In this document: positions 25,369 through 37,746 of the stretch, piece by piece
How the letters are laid out: the number at the start of each line of letters is the position of its first letter
Position numbering within the stretch: the first letter of the stretch is position 1
NCBI GenBank assembly: GCA_052426225.1
Contig: JBNJNM010000021.1
Location: 2,542,001-2,606,000 of the forward strand
Direction: 5' to 3'
Length of the DNA stretch: 64,000 nucleotides
DNA from: Zancudomyces culisetae HAW-14-8
Lineage: Eukaryota; Fungi; Kickxellomycota
Notes under the pieces: model-generated
What the model was told of the DNA's origin: nothing
The model's database searches: none
What the model saw: only the letters and a program-made list of their open reading frames with translations
Made by a program: the position numbers and the translations under genes

Positions 25369-27211
25369 TTAACCCTGTAAACCTTTGGTAAAATAGTCAG
25401 AAACCACTCTACGCTGGATCTTTCCAGTAGCTGTCTTTGGAAAATGCTTAGTAATAAAAACACGTTTGGGAACCTTAAATTTCGCAAGGTATCTAGAAAC
25501 ATAATCCTGAATATCAGCCTCTGTTAAAACCTGGCCCTCCTTTAAAACCACAGCTGCATTCACTTCTTGTCCATACATCTCATCATCAACAGCAAAGCAA
25601 ACTGCCTCTGAAACTTCAGGAATTTGTAGCAAAACAGCATCCACTTCTAGTGGCGATATCTTTTCACCACCTCTGTTGATCAGCTCTTTGATCCGTCCTG
25701 TCAAAAATAAGTACCCATCTGCATCAACGCGACCCTGATCTCCGGTACGAAACCATAGTCTTCCACAGTTTTGACTTGAGGTGTCATCAACCTCCTCAGC
25801 CATATCACTGCTGTATATTTTTGTAAAGCTAGAACGATTTGCTTCTGGGTTGTTTAGGTATCCAGAGGTAACATTTTCCCCACGAACGCAAACCTCTCCT
25901 AGCTCTACTCTTTGGCCTTTATCATTTAAAATAGCCAACTCGACTCCTTGGGGAATTCCTACACTACCTGGCTTGTGTGTTGCAGGAGGAAGTGGGTTCG
26001 AACACATCTGGTGTGATGCTTCGGTCATTGCATATGCTTCCAATACTGGCGCCTTGAATTTTTCTTCAAGATTTTTCAAAATATTTGGAGCTAGCGATGC
26101 GGAGCAGGACCTGATAAACCTGATCACTGGAAGACTCTCAGGAACCGGTTGAAGAAGAAGAATCTGATGTATTGTGGGTACTAAATTTGTTTCATTAAAA
26201 TCAACGTTATATTGTGGTTAATAGGTATTTCATATAAAACCAATTGGCCAATACAAAAGTTAAAAATGACTAGATAAATTACCTGCAGAGTACCAATTGG
26301 ATTTGGACATTATATATTCATCCCAGAATTTAGATGCGGAAAACCTTGGTGGAACAACTACAGACCCACCAACATAAAGCGAGGATAACATTGCCCCGAT
26401 GAGGCCATGAACATGAAATAGCGGCATTACTAGGAAGGTCCGATCACTTGGTGTAAGGTTGTACGTCTTGGAGATGTTATGCATAGACCTGACAAGGTTT
26501 TGATGTGATAGTGGCACCGCTGTTTTATGTATTTGCGCAAATTAGTTATTGATACATTGTCTTTTCGATGTTATAATTTAATAACGTTTACGTGTCAAAA
26601 AAGAGAAAAAAATACTAAAACGATGTGGTTCTCTTACCCTTTGGTCTTCCTGTAGTTCCAGAAGTGTGTAAAAGCAATGCAGTGTCACCTGGCTGAACAG
26701 ACTCAAACGATATCTCACACGAGCTTGGGGTTTTGCTAGCAATAGCGTTTTCTCCATCTAGTGGGGCTAATACAATCCCTTTTGCCTCAGAATCCCACAA
26801 AATTGTCCACACATCAACGTTTAGCTTTTTTGCCGCTTTAATTCCTTCATGCTCTTTGTGAGCACTGGCTTTATTTATCAGCAATACTTTACTCTGTGCA
26901 TCCTCCAAGTAGAATTCTATCTCGGCTTGCTTCATGGCTGGATTGAGCGGTGCCGATATGCCTCGCATGAGCGCCACTCCCAGAAATGCTACGACACAGG
27001 GGAGATCATTTTCCAACATATACGAAATGGTTGTTCCAGGCAAAAGTTCCGAGCCTAGAATGGCTCTAGATTGCGCAATAAAGCTCTTTGTCGCTACAGC
27101 CACCTGTTCAAAGCTCAGCTCTACATGTCCTTCAGTAGAGCTTGCTGTGGTTATGATCGCAGGGCTTGAGCCTTGGTTCTCAAATATTGCTGCAAGTGTC
27201 TTTGAATGCAT
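25369..27211 (-). CDS. PCS60: AMP-dependent acyl-CoA ligase, Pcs60/oxalate-CoA ligase type, 3 exons
   Basis: LLLHTSGTTGRPK; VMPLFHVHGL; IRSCSASLAP; LEAYAMTEASHQM; FRTGDQG; GRIKELINRGGEKISP; PKTATGKIQRR. Confidence 0.88.
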
Positions 27212-27990
27212 TCTCCGTCTTTTTTTCGTTTGTTACTTGATACTGCTTTTCTTGTATTTATACTCTTCCAGCGACTAATGCTTTGACCTTTTTTTTGTGA
27301 AAATACTATGTGGTGTTTTGATAGACATATATTTTCGCTTGGTTTTCAATGTGTTTTTATTTATATTTTTGACTGGCCATAAGAGCCATTTGTTTCTTAA
27401 TAAACAATTTTGGATTAAAAGCCCATTGATTCGATGTTTCAAATTCTGGAAACCAATTTTTTTCACATTAAATGTACCATGTGTTTGAGGGTTTATCTTT
27501 GAAGGTGGCTCCGAAATCTTTATTTCTCAATTTAATTTGTTTGTGATTAGCAAGAATAATCTGGAATCGCATCTAGGTTGTAACATTTTCGAATTTTGAC
27601 GCCATTTCAAAAAAATAACAAAAAAAAGTAAAAATTCACACCATTTCAACAAAGTTGCTGGAACATTCTTTCCTACCTTCAAGCTTATTGCTACGGTTAA
27701 AGATACATCTATAACAAAGATTAAGGAGTAGACATAAGAAGAATTACTGGGTTATTCTTTTCTTGTAGCTATATATCGATTGCAATCCAGAAAGTTTAAC
27801 TCGCACCAAAAAGCGTCACCTGGAAAAGCAGGAAAATGGTCGTATTCACTTGCTCATAACCCTGCATCTAGTTTTGCTTTAACTCTGCCTTTATTTGCAA
27901 AATAACAAATATAACGAGTGCAAAAGAAAAACATATACCATGTATATGATTAAACTGGTTCGAATATGGTAAAAGAGCAAAAAAAAGGAC

Positions 27991-28491
27991 CTATTGTTTG
28001 ATTTCCCCGGAATCACTAATGGTTACCTGCTCGCGAGGTCTACCAGATTCAGATCCAAGGTTTTCTATATCTTTTACGACATTCATTCCTTCTACAACGC
28101 GGCCAAAAACGACATGTCTTCCGTCAAGCCATGGTGTCTTTACTGTGGTTATAAAGAACTGGGATCCATTTGTGTTTGGGCCTGCATTAGCCATCGACAA
28201 AAGCCCCTCGCCTGTGTGAGTCAGCTTGAAGTTTTCATCAGGAAACTTGCTTCCATATATTGACTTTCCGCCAGTTCCATTGTGATTTGTAAAGTCACCC
28301 CCTTGTATCATGAACTGGGGGATAATTCTATGAAAACTGGATCCTTTGTACCCAAATCCCTTCTCGCCAGTACACAATGCACGGAAATTCTCTGCAGTCT
28401 TTGGGGCTACATCGGTACGCAGCTCCATTATTATCCTTCCCAGCTCCTTTCCCTTAGTTTTAACATCAAAGAATACACGAGGCAACGCCAT
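27991..28491 (-). CDS. CPR1: Cyclophilin A peptidyl-prolyl isomerase
   Basis: [39 protein letters not shown]; [17 protein letters not shown]; [10 protein letters not shown]. Confidence 0.96.
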   Translation of the reverse strand: MALPRVFFDVKTKGKELGRIIMELRTDVAPKTAENFRALCTGEKGFGYKGSSFHRIIPQFMIQGGDFTNHNGTGGKSIYGSKFPDENFKLTHTGEGLLSMANAGPNTNGSQFFITTVKTPWLDGRHVVFGRVVEGMNVVKDIENLGSESGRPREQVTISDSGEIKQ

Positions 28492-29784
28492 TTTGGGTTT
28501 ATTTGCTGAATGCGGTTTTTGTTTCCTGGTTAGCTTGATTCCGTTTTGATTTAATCAACCTGGGAGGGTTTTTTATTTCATTGATTATATAGAAAAAAAT
28601 TTTTTTGTTGTGGCGATTTCTGATGTTAGTTTAATGCAGATACAAAATCATACACCGCACACGCCACACATGGTCCAAGGAAAACATAAGGAAATTCACA
28701 CCAAATTAATACTATACCGGTGAGTAACCCAGTTGATTTGGACTAGAACTAGAAGAGGCTCGAACAAAATGCCTAACCACATAATGCTAGTATTAAAGAT
28801 GGATATCCCAGTATACACTAATTCTTCAACCAGCTGTGGAGTTCATGTTAATAAATTAGTCGGTTTTGAGGCACCGATTATTTTACGGGGATGACCTGTG
28901 CGTCATGTATCATTTATACTGCCTGAACAGAAACTTAGAAAATGTTCTAACTGTACGTACAAACACAAAATAACACACACTGTAAATTCATCATAGTATT
29001 TTTTTCCTTTAGTTGGATTTACAAGAAATTGTATGTTTTCTCCAGCAAAGTATTGAGGGTTGATTTATCCCCGCCCTCAACAATTTCATACACAGTTTGA
29101 GCAATAAAGACATAAAATTTGTAAAATTTCAATAGTTCACCCAATTTTAGCTGCTGCCGATTGTGGAGCTAGTATAAACATATTTTTTTGCTTGCAAAAC
29201 TCTTCGAATCATTATTCATCATGGGCGTGTGTATTTGAAAAAACTATGTTTATCCATCACCGACCGAATATGCATTCCAAGCTTGCTCTATTCAAGTAAC
29301 TTATTCCGAACAGACTAGATCTTACGTAGAACATTATCTAGATCGATGTTGAGCCTCTATTTTTTGTAGAAAAATAATCTGGAATCTAAATGAACTATTT
29401 GTTTAATGCTTTGAGAACATTGACGCACAAAAAGCACTCCAAAACTCTATGTAACCATTGTAAAAAGCGCTGTGTTATTATAAATAACAATAGTATAAAA
29501 GACATTTGACAGCAAATTGTTTTCTCTTTCTTTTTCTTACATTTGATACTCAACTGATATAGTAACTTTGTAAATAATTGTATGTATTTGTAAATATATC
29601 TGTTTCTATATTCGATTACTATTGTAAAATAAGCTCTTGTTGCACTTTAGTTTTTGGCTAATCATATTTTAACTTGAACATATTTTGTAATATACAGTGA
29701 TTGCGACATATTAAGCAAGAATAAACACAAAGTATAGATAGGAAAAGATACTGTAAAAAGGAAAAATAATCAGATAAAAACACA

Positions 29785-32040
29785 ATGGTCAAGCCACTAG
29801 CTTTGCTAGCGTATGGTTTATTTTTAAAACAGGCTAAAAGTCAGTTTTTTCCAAATTTCAACACAGGTGTCAATAGGAGGATTTCGGGTGATGAACGAAT
29901 AATTAATGGTATGATCGCACTTCCAAATGAGTTCCCAAGTATAGTTGCGCTTTCTATAACCAGTGGTGTAACAAGCTTTACTTGCAGTGGCTCAATTCTC
30001 AACGCAAACTTTATCTTGACTGCAGCACACTGCATGTATCCTGGACAAACTATAATCACACCAGCCCAAATCCGGGTTGGATATGGAAATTCGAACAGAG
30101 CGCAACAGAAGGTTGTCCAGGTAAAAAACATAACTGTAAACCCTGGGTATGACCCAAACGCAATAATTATATCGAATGATGTGGCCATACTTGAGCTTAG
30201 CGAGCCTATAGTTCTGAGTCCTGGAACAGCTGAAACTATTTTATTCACAGCAAACACATTGCCTCCAGGTACTAGTGTGACAGGTGCTGGATGGGGTGCC
30301 ATAACCCAAGCACCAAACGCAAACGCTGTAAATGAGTTAAGAAAAGTGGGGCTTGTTGTTGGAGATGTAGCCTTCTGCCAGAGAATTAGACCAGATTATT
30401 CATTGAATGGGCAAACTATATGTACAAATACAATGCCAGGAAATGTCGACACATGTTATGGTGATTCTGGTGGACCAATGTACTACAAGGAAAGCAGTGG
30501 TGTCTTAACACTAGCAGGTATACTGAGTTATGGAGATACACCTGACCATCCTCAAAGACCAGTGTGCGCTGATCCCAACGGAGCCGGGTTTTATGCAAAG
30601 CCAATAAGTTTTCTAGATTTTATATCGAGCGTAACAAAAATAAGTCAGGCTGCTTTGGTTTATTCTCCAAATGCCCCAAGTGCTTCAAATGCTCCAAATG
30701 TACCTGGACCAATACCAATGCCAGCACCAACACCTCCGCTTGGGAATACAAGCTCAGCCGCCAATAGCATACCAATTCAGCAACTTCCGATGCAGACTGC
30801 AAGCAGTCCACCGATTCAGCAGCCCTCACTACTTCCTGAAAACAGCACACCGCCCCAACAACTTTCAACACCACCTGCAATAGCACCTATTGGAACTACA
30901 CCGGCTAGTGTGGGTACGCTTTCAAGTGCAACAATAGGAACTGTAGTGTACGTATACCAGAGAGTAGATGTAACGATTCAAAGCTGTCCTCCTGTACAGC
31001 CTTCAAGCCAGCTTGCGGCTTCCTCTTCTCAGGTTGGTGTAGCGTCGGCAAATCCTACAACAAGTGATCTTGTCATTTCTGTTGCTCAGGTTAGCATTCC
31101 ATCTGCAAATTTTGCAACCAGTCAACCCGCTGCTTCTTTTCCGCAGACTAGTGCGCCATCAACAAGCCTTACAACAAATGAGACAGTTATCTCCTCTTCC
31201 CAGCCTGGTGTAGCATCGGCAAGTCCTACGACAAGTGGTCTTGTGGTTTCTGCTTCTCAAATTGGTATGCCATCGACAAGCCCCATAGCTGGTCAACAAT
31301 CAGCAACATCTTCAAAAATTGCAGGTGCCTTGCCGACTTCACAAAGCGCACAAACCTCTTCCACCTCAACAGCTACTGCGCTTGGAGTGGGAAATAACAG
31401 CGTAACGACATCAGAAGCACCTGTTGTTGAAACAGTAGCTGAAACAATAGCTGAAACAATATCCAGCCAGGTTACAAGCAGTACAGCAAATAGCTCTTCC
31501 ACATCGGAGGCGCCAGTTGTTGAAACAGTAGCCGAAACAGTAGCTGAAACGATATCCAATGTTGAAACACAAAATCCTAGTACTGCAGCAAAGCGTTTAG
31601 GTACAGATATACCTCATGTCGTTGAACTCTTTAGGGATTCAACTATATTTAATCGTGATAGGGATGTTGAGACAACAGTACTCGGTAATCCACATGAATC
31701 CCAAGTAAGTCTAACTATATTATATAGCAGGATTGGATTTAAGCCCAACAAAGCCAGAATGAATGCCAAACCTATTTCAACTCGAACAACAGAATCTTCC
31801 ACACCTGCTCCTTTACCTTTACCTGTGCCTGTACCTGTATTTACAGCTGTGCCCACAGCGACACCCACACCAACCGAGGGTACTGGGTACACTGTGACGC
31901 AGGCAACTATGCTTTCCAAATACACAATTGATTTTAGAATTAGCAGCATTGAAAAACCACACCAAACTGAAGCTCCTGATCCGGGAAGACCCTTCCAAAC
32001 ACATAGCGCACTCTTAGGAAAACTTTTAAACATGGTTTAG
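29785..32040 (+). CDS. Secreted trypsin-like (S1A) serine protease with a long S/T/P-rich tail
   Basis: Signal peptide; activation site R-IING; LTAAHC, NDVAIL and DTCYGDSGGP catalytic triad. Confidence 0.9.
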   Translation: MVKPLALLAYGLFLKQAKSQFFPNFNTGVNRRISGDERIINGMIALPNEFPSIVALSITSGVTSFTCSGSILNANFILTAAHCMYPGQTIITPAQIRVGYGNSNRAQQKVVQVKNITVNPGYDPNAIIISNDVAILELSEPIVLSPGTAETILFTANTLPPGTSVTGAGWGAITQAPNANAVNELRKVGLVVGDVAFCQRIRPDYSLNGQTICTNTMPGNVDTCYGDSGGPMYYKESSGVLTLAGILSYGDTPDHPQRPVCADPNGAGFYAKPISFLDFISSVTKISQAALVYSPNAPSASNAPNVPGPIPMPAPTPPLGNTSSAANSIPIQQLPMQTASSPPIQQPSLLPENSTPPQQLSTPPAIAPIGTTPASVGTLSSATIGTVVYVYQRVDVTIQSCPPVQPSSQLAASSSQVGVASANPTTSDLVISVAQVSIPSANFATSQPAASFPQTSAPSTSLTTNETVISSSQPGVASASPTTSGLVVSASQIGMPSTSPIAGQQSATSSKIAGALPTSQSAQTSSTSTATALGVGNNSVTTSEAPVVETVAETIAETISSQVTSSTANSSSTSEAPVVETVAETVAETISNVETQNPSTAAKRLGTDIPHVVELFRDSTIFNRDRDVETTVLGNPHESQVSLTILYSRIGFKPNKARMNAKPISTRTTESSTPAPLPLPVPVPVFTAVPTATPTPTEGTGYTVTQATMLSKYTIDFRISSIEKPHQTEAPDPGRPFQTHSALLGKLLNMV

Positions 32041-33579
32041 TGCCACATTTGTTGGAGTTAGGTGCCATAGGTTTACTTTGCTTTTTTTTTGTTTTTTTTT
32101 TTTTGCACTACCATAACAGCATCAAGTTAGTTTATTGTTCATACTAGTATTTTTGAACTGTTGGTATTTATGGACTGATGGTATTTATGGGCTTGTTGAG
32201 TTTTGTTTAGTCACAATTACATCTTTAAACTAACTGATTACAGTGCTAATAAAATATAGTTTGTATAGGTATTTTTATGATGGTCTTGTAAATCTACCCT
32301 TCATACCCAGAATAAAAGAAAATATGTGAACAAACATTTCTTGTGAATACATCATCAATCTAATACGTTTGCGGACTTGCCTTGTAAAACCATTTTATTT
32401 ATGAGTAATTTTGTGAACACTGGAAAAAAATAACTTTGGTTTCGACAAAAGACATGTACTTAAAAACGCCCAAAATAAATACCAATATTGTAAAGATTGG
32501 ACAAGTAGTTAACGTTTGTAAGTTTTTTTTTGTTGTGCTATAGTTTTACTGCTTCGTCTATTCCAAGATTATATATTCACAACTCGATAGAACACCAAGT
32601 AAAAGTAATAAAATTAGCTTCTCCATCTAAAGTCGTTCAAAATAAAAAATAGAAAAGCTAAACCCTATTACCAACTAGATAACACAAGGGACGGGTAAAA
32701 TTATACAATGAGGGGGAGTGTTTCAATGGCCATATATCGTATTGCAGATATGAAGAGAGTCTGGAATAACACCCCCTAAAATAGTTTATGTTCATCCCAG
32801 TCAAGGTCTAGGCAAAAATCCTACACACAGGCAAGCCATCTCCAATTTCTTCCCCATTCCTCTTCATTCAACAGCCCCATTTTTTTTATTACCCATATGA
32901 GTTTTTACCACTAACAGAGATAAAATAAAAAAAGTAAAATGACAACTACAACCAAATATATTCGGGGGTTGTTAAAATGATCAAATTTTTGACATCGAAA
33001 CATGCGACATAAATATTTAAAATATTGACTTGGTTCTAGTTTGACACCACTACAGTTCATCGATATAAAATGGCGTTTATCCAAAATACTCTCAAGGTGG
33101 ATTTGTCTATTCAACCCCGAGTAGCCCTGCAAGTATTTTTTTTTCCTATTTCCTATTTTCCTTTTCTTTTCTGTTTTACATATAAAGAGCAAATACGCCG
33201 GAACTAAGGATTAAACATAATTGTAAATATTTGTTATCAGAACTATTAATATCATTCTAATATAGTATTTAATATAACTGCTAATATATTTGAGATAATT
33301 GATGATATATTGCGGTTTAAACATCGATTTGTAAATATCACTTTGTAAATATACACGAAAAAAAAAACAGTTCCAGGAGTTTAACTTTTTTTTTGAATAA
33401 AAAAGTGTAACAAGAAGTTTTCAAACGAGAAAGGCCTATCAAGAATCCAACTAACCCCAAGAAGGATAGATACTACATCAACCAACGCTGGTTCAAAAGA
33501 ATATTAAAAAAAGAGCAAATAAAATAGAAAACAAAATAGAAAACAAAAAAAAACGCATAGGATCATACGTGAATAAGAT

Positions 33580-36459
33580 ATGATATTAAAAGGAATATTA
33601 CTAAAAATGCTGCTAATAATAAACGCGTATGCAGCGAAAAACCAAACAATAGATTCTAGCTCCTCTGGTGTTGAGGATCGCGGGCTAAGAATAATAAATG
33701 GATTGTTGGCTAGCAGCAACGAGTTTCCTTTCATAGTTTCTTTGCTTATAGAATACCAAGGTGTGTCTTATACTTGTGCTGGGTCAATTATTAGTGAGAA
33801 ATATGTACTTTCGGCGGCACATTGTATGTATCCTAGTACACAGCCAGTAGATCCAAGTCAACTACGGATAGGCTATGGAAATTCCGATAGAAACAAGCAG
33901 ATATACGTACCTGTTTCAAAAATAAATATCAACCCAGGGTATAGCCCAACAAATCCAGATGTTGTCAACGATATTGTTGTATTGGAGTTAGGACGGAATC
34001 TGATTTTGACACCTGGTATTGCAGAGCCTGTAAAAATCGGCCCAGCGATGCCACCACAAGGTAGTACATTGAATGGTGCTGGTTGGGGGACTATTTCCAC
34101 ATCGCTCGCCTCTACTGCTGTTGCGGAATTGCGAAAAGTAAATCTCATGGTTGGTGATGTAGATTATTGCAGAGTGGTAAACAACAACTATATAGAGAAT
34201 GGAATGTTGATATGTACAAATACAAAGCCGAACGGCGTGGATACATGTTATGGCGACTCTGGTGGGCCGCTCTTTGGAAAAAATCAAAATGATGATTTTG
34301 TGCTTTTAGGTCTTCTAAGCTATGGTGACAACCCAAGCCATCCGGATCAGCCAATATGCGGAGATCCGACTGGCGTTGCATTTTATTCAAGACCTATATA
34401 TTTTATCGATTTTATAGTCAGCGTAACCGGATTGAATGCAAACACCATTGTAGATACAGGAGAAACAACAATCATGGCAAATTCATTGGTGGATAGTTCT
34501 GGTCAAATACAAAACTTTGCTGTTTCTTCACAATTGGCGGGTGGACTCCCAGGCTCGGCTATAGTAAGCCAAAACTCATTGCCAACTCTTGTTCCAGTAG
34601 CTATCCAAAATGTTCCCCTAGCACCAGAGGCATCCCTACAACCAGCAGTTACATTAGCACAAGCAGGAGCAATACCAACAATTGTAGCTGTGCAGCAAAA
34701 TGTTGGCCAGGGTTTATATTCTGTGCCTGTCGCCTTACCGGTGCAAACACAGTCGTTTTTGGCTCCAGTATCACAAACTCAGCCTATTCTTATTGTCCCC
34801 GTATCTGAACTGCAAGTACCCACTACTCCTGTTATAACGATTCAACAAGCACAGCCAGTGGTAGTATCGACGGCATTCCAAATTATCCAGGCTCCTCAGC
34901 CTTTAACAACAGCGTTAGCAGGAGTGTTGACATTGGCCCAGACACTTGCACCTGTACCTCTATCAATACAACCCCTTTCAATAAACATAGTTACAGACGC
35001 TATAGCACTCGCTAATCCAGTGCCTTCTGCAACAGTTTTGCCAACCAACGTTTATTCAGCGGTGCCAGCAACACCGCCAGCGATAATTGCAACAGCGCCT
35101 GCACCGCAACCTACGACCATAATTCAACCCCAAGCTATTACAGTTCAGGTACAACCACCAGTATATAAAAGCACACAACCATTTATTAATACAGTTCCAC
35201 AAATCGTATTTACGACGCTTACAATATTCCCTAGCCCATCGAATATCTTTACTGCCAACCCTTCTGCACAATGTTCGCAGCAGCAAACCTTACTACCACA
35301 ATTTACTACGTTCCTGCCCCCAGCGACACATACTTATCTCAATGTAATCCCCAGACCCATACCTGGACCAACGGCAGTTGCTCCTCCTGTGGTGTCATAT
35401 TTCAAGAGTGTAACACCCACAAATGTATCTGTAACTCAGTCACTCCCCATCATAATAACAACAACTATTTTCTCGATCCAGCCATCTATACCATTAGTTA
35501 CCTCAAAGATATCATATCAAAGTATGACAATACCACAGCCTCAGCCTCAGCCTCAACCTCAACCTCAACCCCAACAAACTACTATCATTATTTCAGGAAC
35601 CCTGCCACCTCAGGTCACAAATTTACCATTGTCTGCAGTATGTTCAACCCAAGTTCCGATCACTACAATAACTCTTGCAACATACAGATCACAAAATCCA
35701 ATTGTACAGCCACCTGTAGCATCTATATACTCTAACGTCATTGTAAACCCCGCAAAAACACCCTTCCAATACCAGCAAAATGTCATACCACCAAGTCCGA
35801 TTGTATTTGGCATTAATGTGAATTTAAGCAGCAGTTCACCCATTCCACTGATTACACAACCCTCATTCAATACACCACCTCCATTTATCATTACACCCAC
35901 ACCCACACCCACACCTTCACCTTTCGTACCTTCAAGTACACCACCACAACCACCCAACTTACAGCCAAGCACTGTAATGATCCCTACCTCCATGGCTCCA
36001 CCCGTTAATTTACTTACAACTCCTAATCCTGCTGCAACAGGATCCTCACCGCCCTTATTCATCGAGCTTTCTTCTGCACCGCCTGCTGCGACTCCCTTTG
36101 GTAAAAGATTTTTGCGTGTGGATAACCAAAATAATATTTCAGAAACGCTAGTAGCTCCATCAGGTGATTACAGAAACTCTATTAAAAAAGATAAAAAATT
36201 AAATGATTTAATTGACGAAGTGGTAAAAAGACTACGATACCTAGATGGTGAAGATCAATCAACATATTCCAACCCACCAACTACCAAAAGTTTTGAATCT
36301 TTACCTGATCAAACAGTTAAAAGCACTACTCATGTAGTTGTTTTATCAAAGATTGAACCAACCAATCTTATCTACTCAAAAAATCTAAATCAAAGGGTCC
36401 GCGAAAATGTATTTAAGACAATCAGAATGCAACAGCCTAGGTTAAGTGCAGCAGCTTGA
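33580..36459 (+). CDS. Tandem paralogous secreted trypsin-like protease with a P/T/Q-rich tail
   Basis: Signal peptide; R-IING; LSAAHC, NDIVVL, DTCYGDSGGP; clearly similar to the upstream gene over the first ~290 aa. Confidence 0.9.
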   Translation: MILKGILLKMLLIINAYAAKNQTIDSSSSGVEDRGLRIINGLLASSNEFPFIVSLLIEYQGVSYTCAGSIISEKYVLSAAHCMYPSTQPVDPSQLRIGYGNSDRNKQIYVPVSKININPGYSPTNPDVVNDIVVLELGRNLILTPGIAEPVKIGPAMPPQGSTLNGAGWGTISTSLASTAVAELRKVNLMVGDVDYCRVVNNNYIENGMLICTNTKPNGVDTCYGDSGGPLFGKNQNDDFVLLGLLSYGDNPSHPDQPICGDPTGVAFYSRPIYFIDFIVSVTGLNANTIVDTGETTIMANSLVDSSGQIQNFAVSSQLAGGLPGSAIVSQNSLPTLVPVAIQNVPLAPEASLQPAVTLAQAGAIPTIVAVQQNVGQGLYSVPVALPVQTQSFLAPVSQTQPILIVPVSELQVPTTPVITIQQAQPVVVSTAFQIIQAPQPLTTALAGVLTLAQTLAPVPLSIQPLSINIVTDAIALANPVPSATVLPTNVYSAVPATPPAIIATAPAPQPTTIIQPQAITVQVQPPVYKSTQPFINTVPQIVFTTLTIFPSPSNIFTANPSAQCSQQQTLLPQFTTFLPPATHTYLNVIPRPIPGPTAVAPPVVSYFKSVTPTNVSVTQSLPIIITTTIFSIQPSIPLVTSKISYQSMTIPQPQPQPQPQPQPQQTTIIISGTLPPQVTNLPLSAVCSTQVPITTITLATYRSQNPIVQPPVASIYSNVIVNPAKTPFQYQQNVIPPSPIVFGINVNLSSSSPIPLITQPSFNTPPPFIITPTPTPTPSPFVPSSTPPQPPNLQPSTVMIPTSMAPPVNLLTTPNPAATGSSPPLFIELSSAPPAATPFGKRFLRVDNQNNISETLVAPSGDYRNSIKKDKKLNDLIDEVVKRLRYLDGEDQSTYSNPPTTKSFESLPDQTVKSTTHVVVLSKIEPTNLIYSKNLNQRVRENVFKTIRMQQPRLSAAA

Positions 36460-37746
36460 ATAGTCACTAATTGGTGTTGCTTTTTTTTTCTTTTCAAAAA
36501 GTTGTAGATTATGATTTTTGCATAGCCTGTTCTCTTTTTTTTTTTCTTTCTTCCTAGGTCTCATGTATGACAACAGAAGTTATGATACGGTTTACTTGGT
36601 ATGGTCGGCTCTTTTCATTTTTGAATTGGTTATATATCAGTTTTTTACATAATATATTCGTCATCTTTAATAATATTAAAATACTACAATCACTTGTTAC
36701 ACAGAGAGTAGACATCTTCCAGTCCACTTGAAATACTCATTCGGAGGAAGGGAAGCAGGGGGGGACGGGGGTGGAAAAATATTTCTTTTTTTTTAGAAAC
36801 CCACATACCCCATTACATATAAAGTCTGGAAAGGAGGGGAAAGAGAGAGAGGTGTTGATATAGACATATGCCAACACTATTAACGGATTTATTAGCACTA
36901 GTGTTTGAGTAGTTAGGTTGCATGAGTACCTGACGTTGAAGCACAACTTTGTTTCAAGGAAATCTATATGAATGACTAATTTAAAGTGCAGGAATAGATA
37001 GATGGTATGTGATATGTGATATGTGATATGAATTGGTTTTCAATATTTGGTCCAGTATTCCGCATCTGCTTATTTCTCCCTCCCTCACCCTTTCCCTCCC
37101 AACACATCATTTTCCTTTCCCCTCTTTCCAGATACTTGTAATCACACATTTGTAAGAGCCAATTTTATTTCCTATTTTCGCAACCCGGTTCAGCAAATAA
37201 TAATGGTGTTTTATCCTACACGATTCTATTTGGCTCAAATCATAAATATTGTGTAACAAATCTTCATTTCCAACAAATCTTTATTTCCCAGTCGATTTTG
37301 AAACACAATTATCGATAAGATTTAATTGCTGTTTTTCTTATACCAACCATTAGCGTAAAAGATAAATGCCCGAAAAATATACATAAAAAAAACTGATTTG
37401 TAATTCCAGTTCTCTTGCTCCCCTTAACCCCCTAAACCTGTGATTAACGCTTTGATGTTCGGTATCTTGAAATAAAATGTTCACTAACTTTAACTCGGAA
37501 ACAGTACTGCACAAGTCTCGAAACTCGTTAAAATTTGCAAGCAAAAATAGCAACAGAAAATCTGGAATTCAAAAGCTTAACTTGTGCAAATGATCCCACA
37601 AATCTAAATCTTTTTGAATTAAAATAAAATTTTTTTATCTGGTAAAGAAATTACAGTTTTTACTACCTTTAATACCTTTAATATTTCAGTATTTCACTAC
37701 TTTTTAAACTACCAGTCAAACTATAACATTAAAAAAAAGACCAAAA

